Shown in pieces: positions 61,481 to 64,000 of a DNA stretch of 64,000 bases. A program made the translations under genes and the position numbers. Under the pieces are notes generated by a model. The model saw nothing but the letters and a program-made list of their open reading frames with translations, did no database searches and was not told where the DNA came from. Location: the NCBI RefSeq assembly GCF_009914755.1, contig NC_060925.1; one strand, written 5' to 3'. The first letter of the stretch is position 1. Each line of letters opens with the position of its first letter. This stretch comes from the human T2T-CHM13v2.0 reference genome, Homo sapiens.

Positions 61481-63834
61481 CGCAGTGAAGGACTACCTGC
61501 CCCAGGCAGAGCCTCCCACGATCGATCGCTGTCCTCACCGCCCCCGGGGGGTGCCCCATTCCTCTCACTTCTGGGGCTGATGTGGGAGCCTCAGGAGGGG
61601 ACTGAGTGAGTGTGCACTTGAGTGTGGCCACACCGTCCTGAGGCTTCGTCATCGTGCCCATTGGACAGGGTGGCAAACTGAGGCCCATGGAAACCCAGGG
61701 CCCAGCTGCCAGGTGGAGGCCGAGGCCAGAGAGAACCCTGGGCTAGGGCAGGTGGGCAGCCTCACCCACCCGGGTCAGGCTCCTGCTTTGCTCATGTAAC
61801 CCTCACGCTGGCCACAGGCACTTCCTCAGGTCCCTGCCGCAGAGCACGCGCACGGGTCTGCTCTTCCACCGCTGGGAAAGACCTACTTTGCACTGAAAAG
61901 CGTCCCAGCTTCCCTCCCGGCTAGACTGGCAGCTCCACATGACTCGCTGGGGTCCTGGGCTGACTTTTGGCCTTTTTCCCCAACTGATTATTGAGGGGGT
62001 GGCCTAGCTGATCTTTGGGGCTCCACAAACAGACACAGGGTGGGGTCAACGTGTCTTCCACAGGGGGCAGAGTCCAGGGGGAGCAGCAGCCTGGAGCAGT
62101 GCTGAGGGCTTTGCGGGATGGCAGCTCGCTTGCTCCTGAAGCAGATTAGGCCCTGTGAGGGGCTGGGGTCTGGGCCATACTGCTGGGAGGCGGGGGGGTG
62201 CTGCTTGTTGTCAGTTACCTGGGAAGCCCTGGGTGGGGTCCGGCAGCTCTGGGACTCTGGGTCTGGAAGTCCATTCTCTTGTCCCACTGGCCTGCAGGTG
62301 TTTGGCCCTTCCTGTGGCCCTGGCCTTGTTGCACTGGCCCTGTGCCAGCACCCCCCATCTGGTGCCCTAGCTCTGCGAGCACTATCTGGCCAGGGTGTGG
62401 GGGACCCTCTGTCTATGAGCCTCTGTCATCCACGTGTAGGGGGACCAGGGAGATCACAGATGTGGGGCTCAAGCCCCAGGCCCCAGTGATCACTTCTCTC
62501 TGAGCCTTGGATCCCAGCCCTTCCCTTGATGTGCCGCCCCAACTCTTACAGGGGATGCTGGCCTTTATCAGCACTCTATTTGGGGTGTGGTACCGAGTGG
62601 GGCTCCCATCCCCACCACCACCCCCATTACGATGGGCCAGCTGTCTCAGGTAGGGGCTTCCAGCCCAGCGTGGGGACCCTCGGCAGTGACCAGCAGGGAG
62701 GACCCATGCCTGGGGCACCCCCACAGCCATGGATGGGGGTCTCCGGGGACCTGCTGCAGCACAGTGGATATGGCACCCCTGTCACAGATGGAGGGAAGGG
62801 AGGAAGAGGCCTGGCGAGCTTAGGCAGAGGAGAGGTCAGGCTGCCAGCCCAGCCGGGCAGGAACCACCCTTTTTCATTAAGTGAGCCCCCGGGCCGAGAG
62901 TTCTGCTGGTCCCGTGGTGAGGGAGGAGGAACGGGAGGGGGCTCTGGGAGTCTGCGCTTCCTCCTCTAGTTGCCCCCTAGGTCTGGCAGAGACCTTCAGC
63001 CTCTTGTCCCCACCCCCAGGACTGAGATGCATCCTGGCTTCAACCAGGGGAGACTCTGGCTTCTGGAGGGCAGCCACCCTCTGGACTTGAAGGTGCCCAG
63101 GGCAGGTTCCAGAAGGTCCTGCTTCCCCCCAGTACCCCGGCCCAGCCCCTGGAGCCCCTGGGAATGTGTTCAGCCTCCTGCTCAGTAGCCCTCAGCCCAC
63201 TGGGCTCCAGCCCCATCAGGCAGCTCCCCCGCCCTGGAGCCACCCTCAGCAGAGTGGCAGCCACCCTCAGCCCTCCCTCGCCTGTGGCTCCTGCGTGAGG
63301 TGGGGGAGGGGGAGCCCGGCACTGCTTGCCTGTGTCAGGGCTCGGGGCTGGCACCGAGGCTGTGTGCTGCCCCAGGCACCCGCCTACCTCCCCTGCCTGG
63401 AGGGGCATTTGGGCTGGAGCCCGCTCCGGGTGGGTTCCCACATCCACCCCCCTCTGCGGACATTCATCCTGCACAAAAGGCGCGTGCGCGGCAACAAACT
63501 CATTCGCCACGGGCTGCCTGGGCTTTGTGTGCTGAGCTCCGGCCTCAGAGGCCATCTGGGGAGCAGTCGTCCCAGCGGGCGGCAGGGCCCCCTCCAGGCT
63601 GCCTTTGAGGCCTGGGAAGCAGCCGAGGCTCCCTGAGCAACCGCGCTGGAAACCGCACACATCTGGCCTGTCCAGTGCCTTCCAGTTCCCGCAGCCTCCT
63701 GGCTGTCCCCTGCACGCTCTGGCCCTGGCATGGCACTAGGTGCCAGGAGGGGACCAAGGCAGGCGCCTGCCTCCCTGCCCTACCCCTGATGCAGGCTGTG
63801 TGCACACGGCCCAGTGGGGAGGGCTGTGGGCACG

Positions 63835-63990
63835 GGGTTCAAATCTGGGGAGTACCCCTCAGTAGGTGGGCCCTCTGGGGCTCAGCTTCCTCATCTGTGC
63901 AATGCAGCTGATAACGCTCCCACCCAAGGCCTGTGCTGAGGACGGAGAGTGGATGAGCGCCAGGCATGTGCAGTGGCCTCGGCACGCAGA
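63835..63990 (+). mobile_element. MIR SINE remnant
   Basis: GGTTCAAATC...CTCAGCTTCCTCATCTGTGCAATG. Confidence 0.55.
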
Positions 63991-64000
63991 CCCCTGCCCC

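Overview
GC-rich human (or very closely related primate) genomic DNA, recognisable as the 1p36.32 PLCH2-PANK4-HES5 locus. On the + strand are the last 18 coding exons of phospholipase C eta 2 (PLCH2, 3537-24302; the 5' exons lie upstream of the window), including alternative 3' exons. On the - strand are the complete 19-exon PANK4 CDS (46231-27936; spliced length 2322 nt = 773 aa + stop) and the complete 3-exon HES5 CDS (49808-49113; 501 nt = 166 aa + stop). The rest is introns and intergenic DNA with many minisatellites, Alu/MIR/L1 remnants and three CpG islands. I found no new protein-coding gene or prokaryote-type system; most long ORFs in the track are GC-rich noise. The most notable non-annotation signals are: three inverted-repeat pairs upstream of HES5 (one 218 bp at ~99% identity); a candidate distal Notch enhancer with head-to-head paired RBPJ sites and an exactly repeated 18-mer; a 27-copy VNTR in PANK4 intron 1 carrying 24 MYB-consensus sites; a 27-nt stop-codon microexon that switches the PLCH2 C-terminus; and a duplicated decoy 3' splice site in PLCH2. 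All coordinates, counts and identities were read by eye, and no database searches were run.
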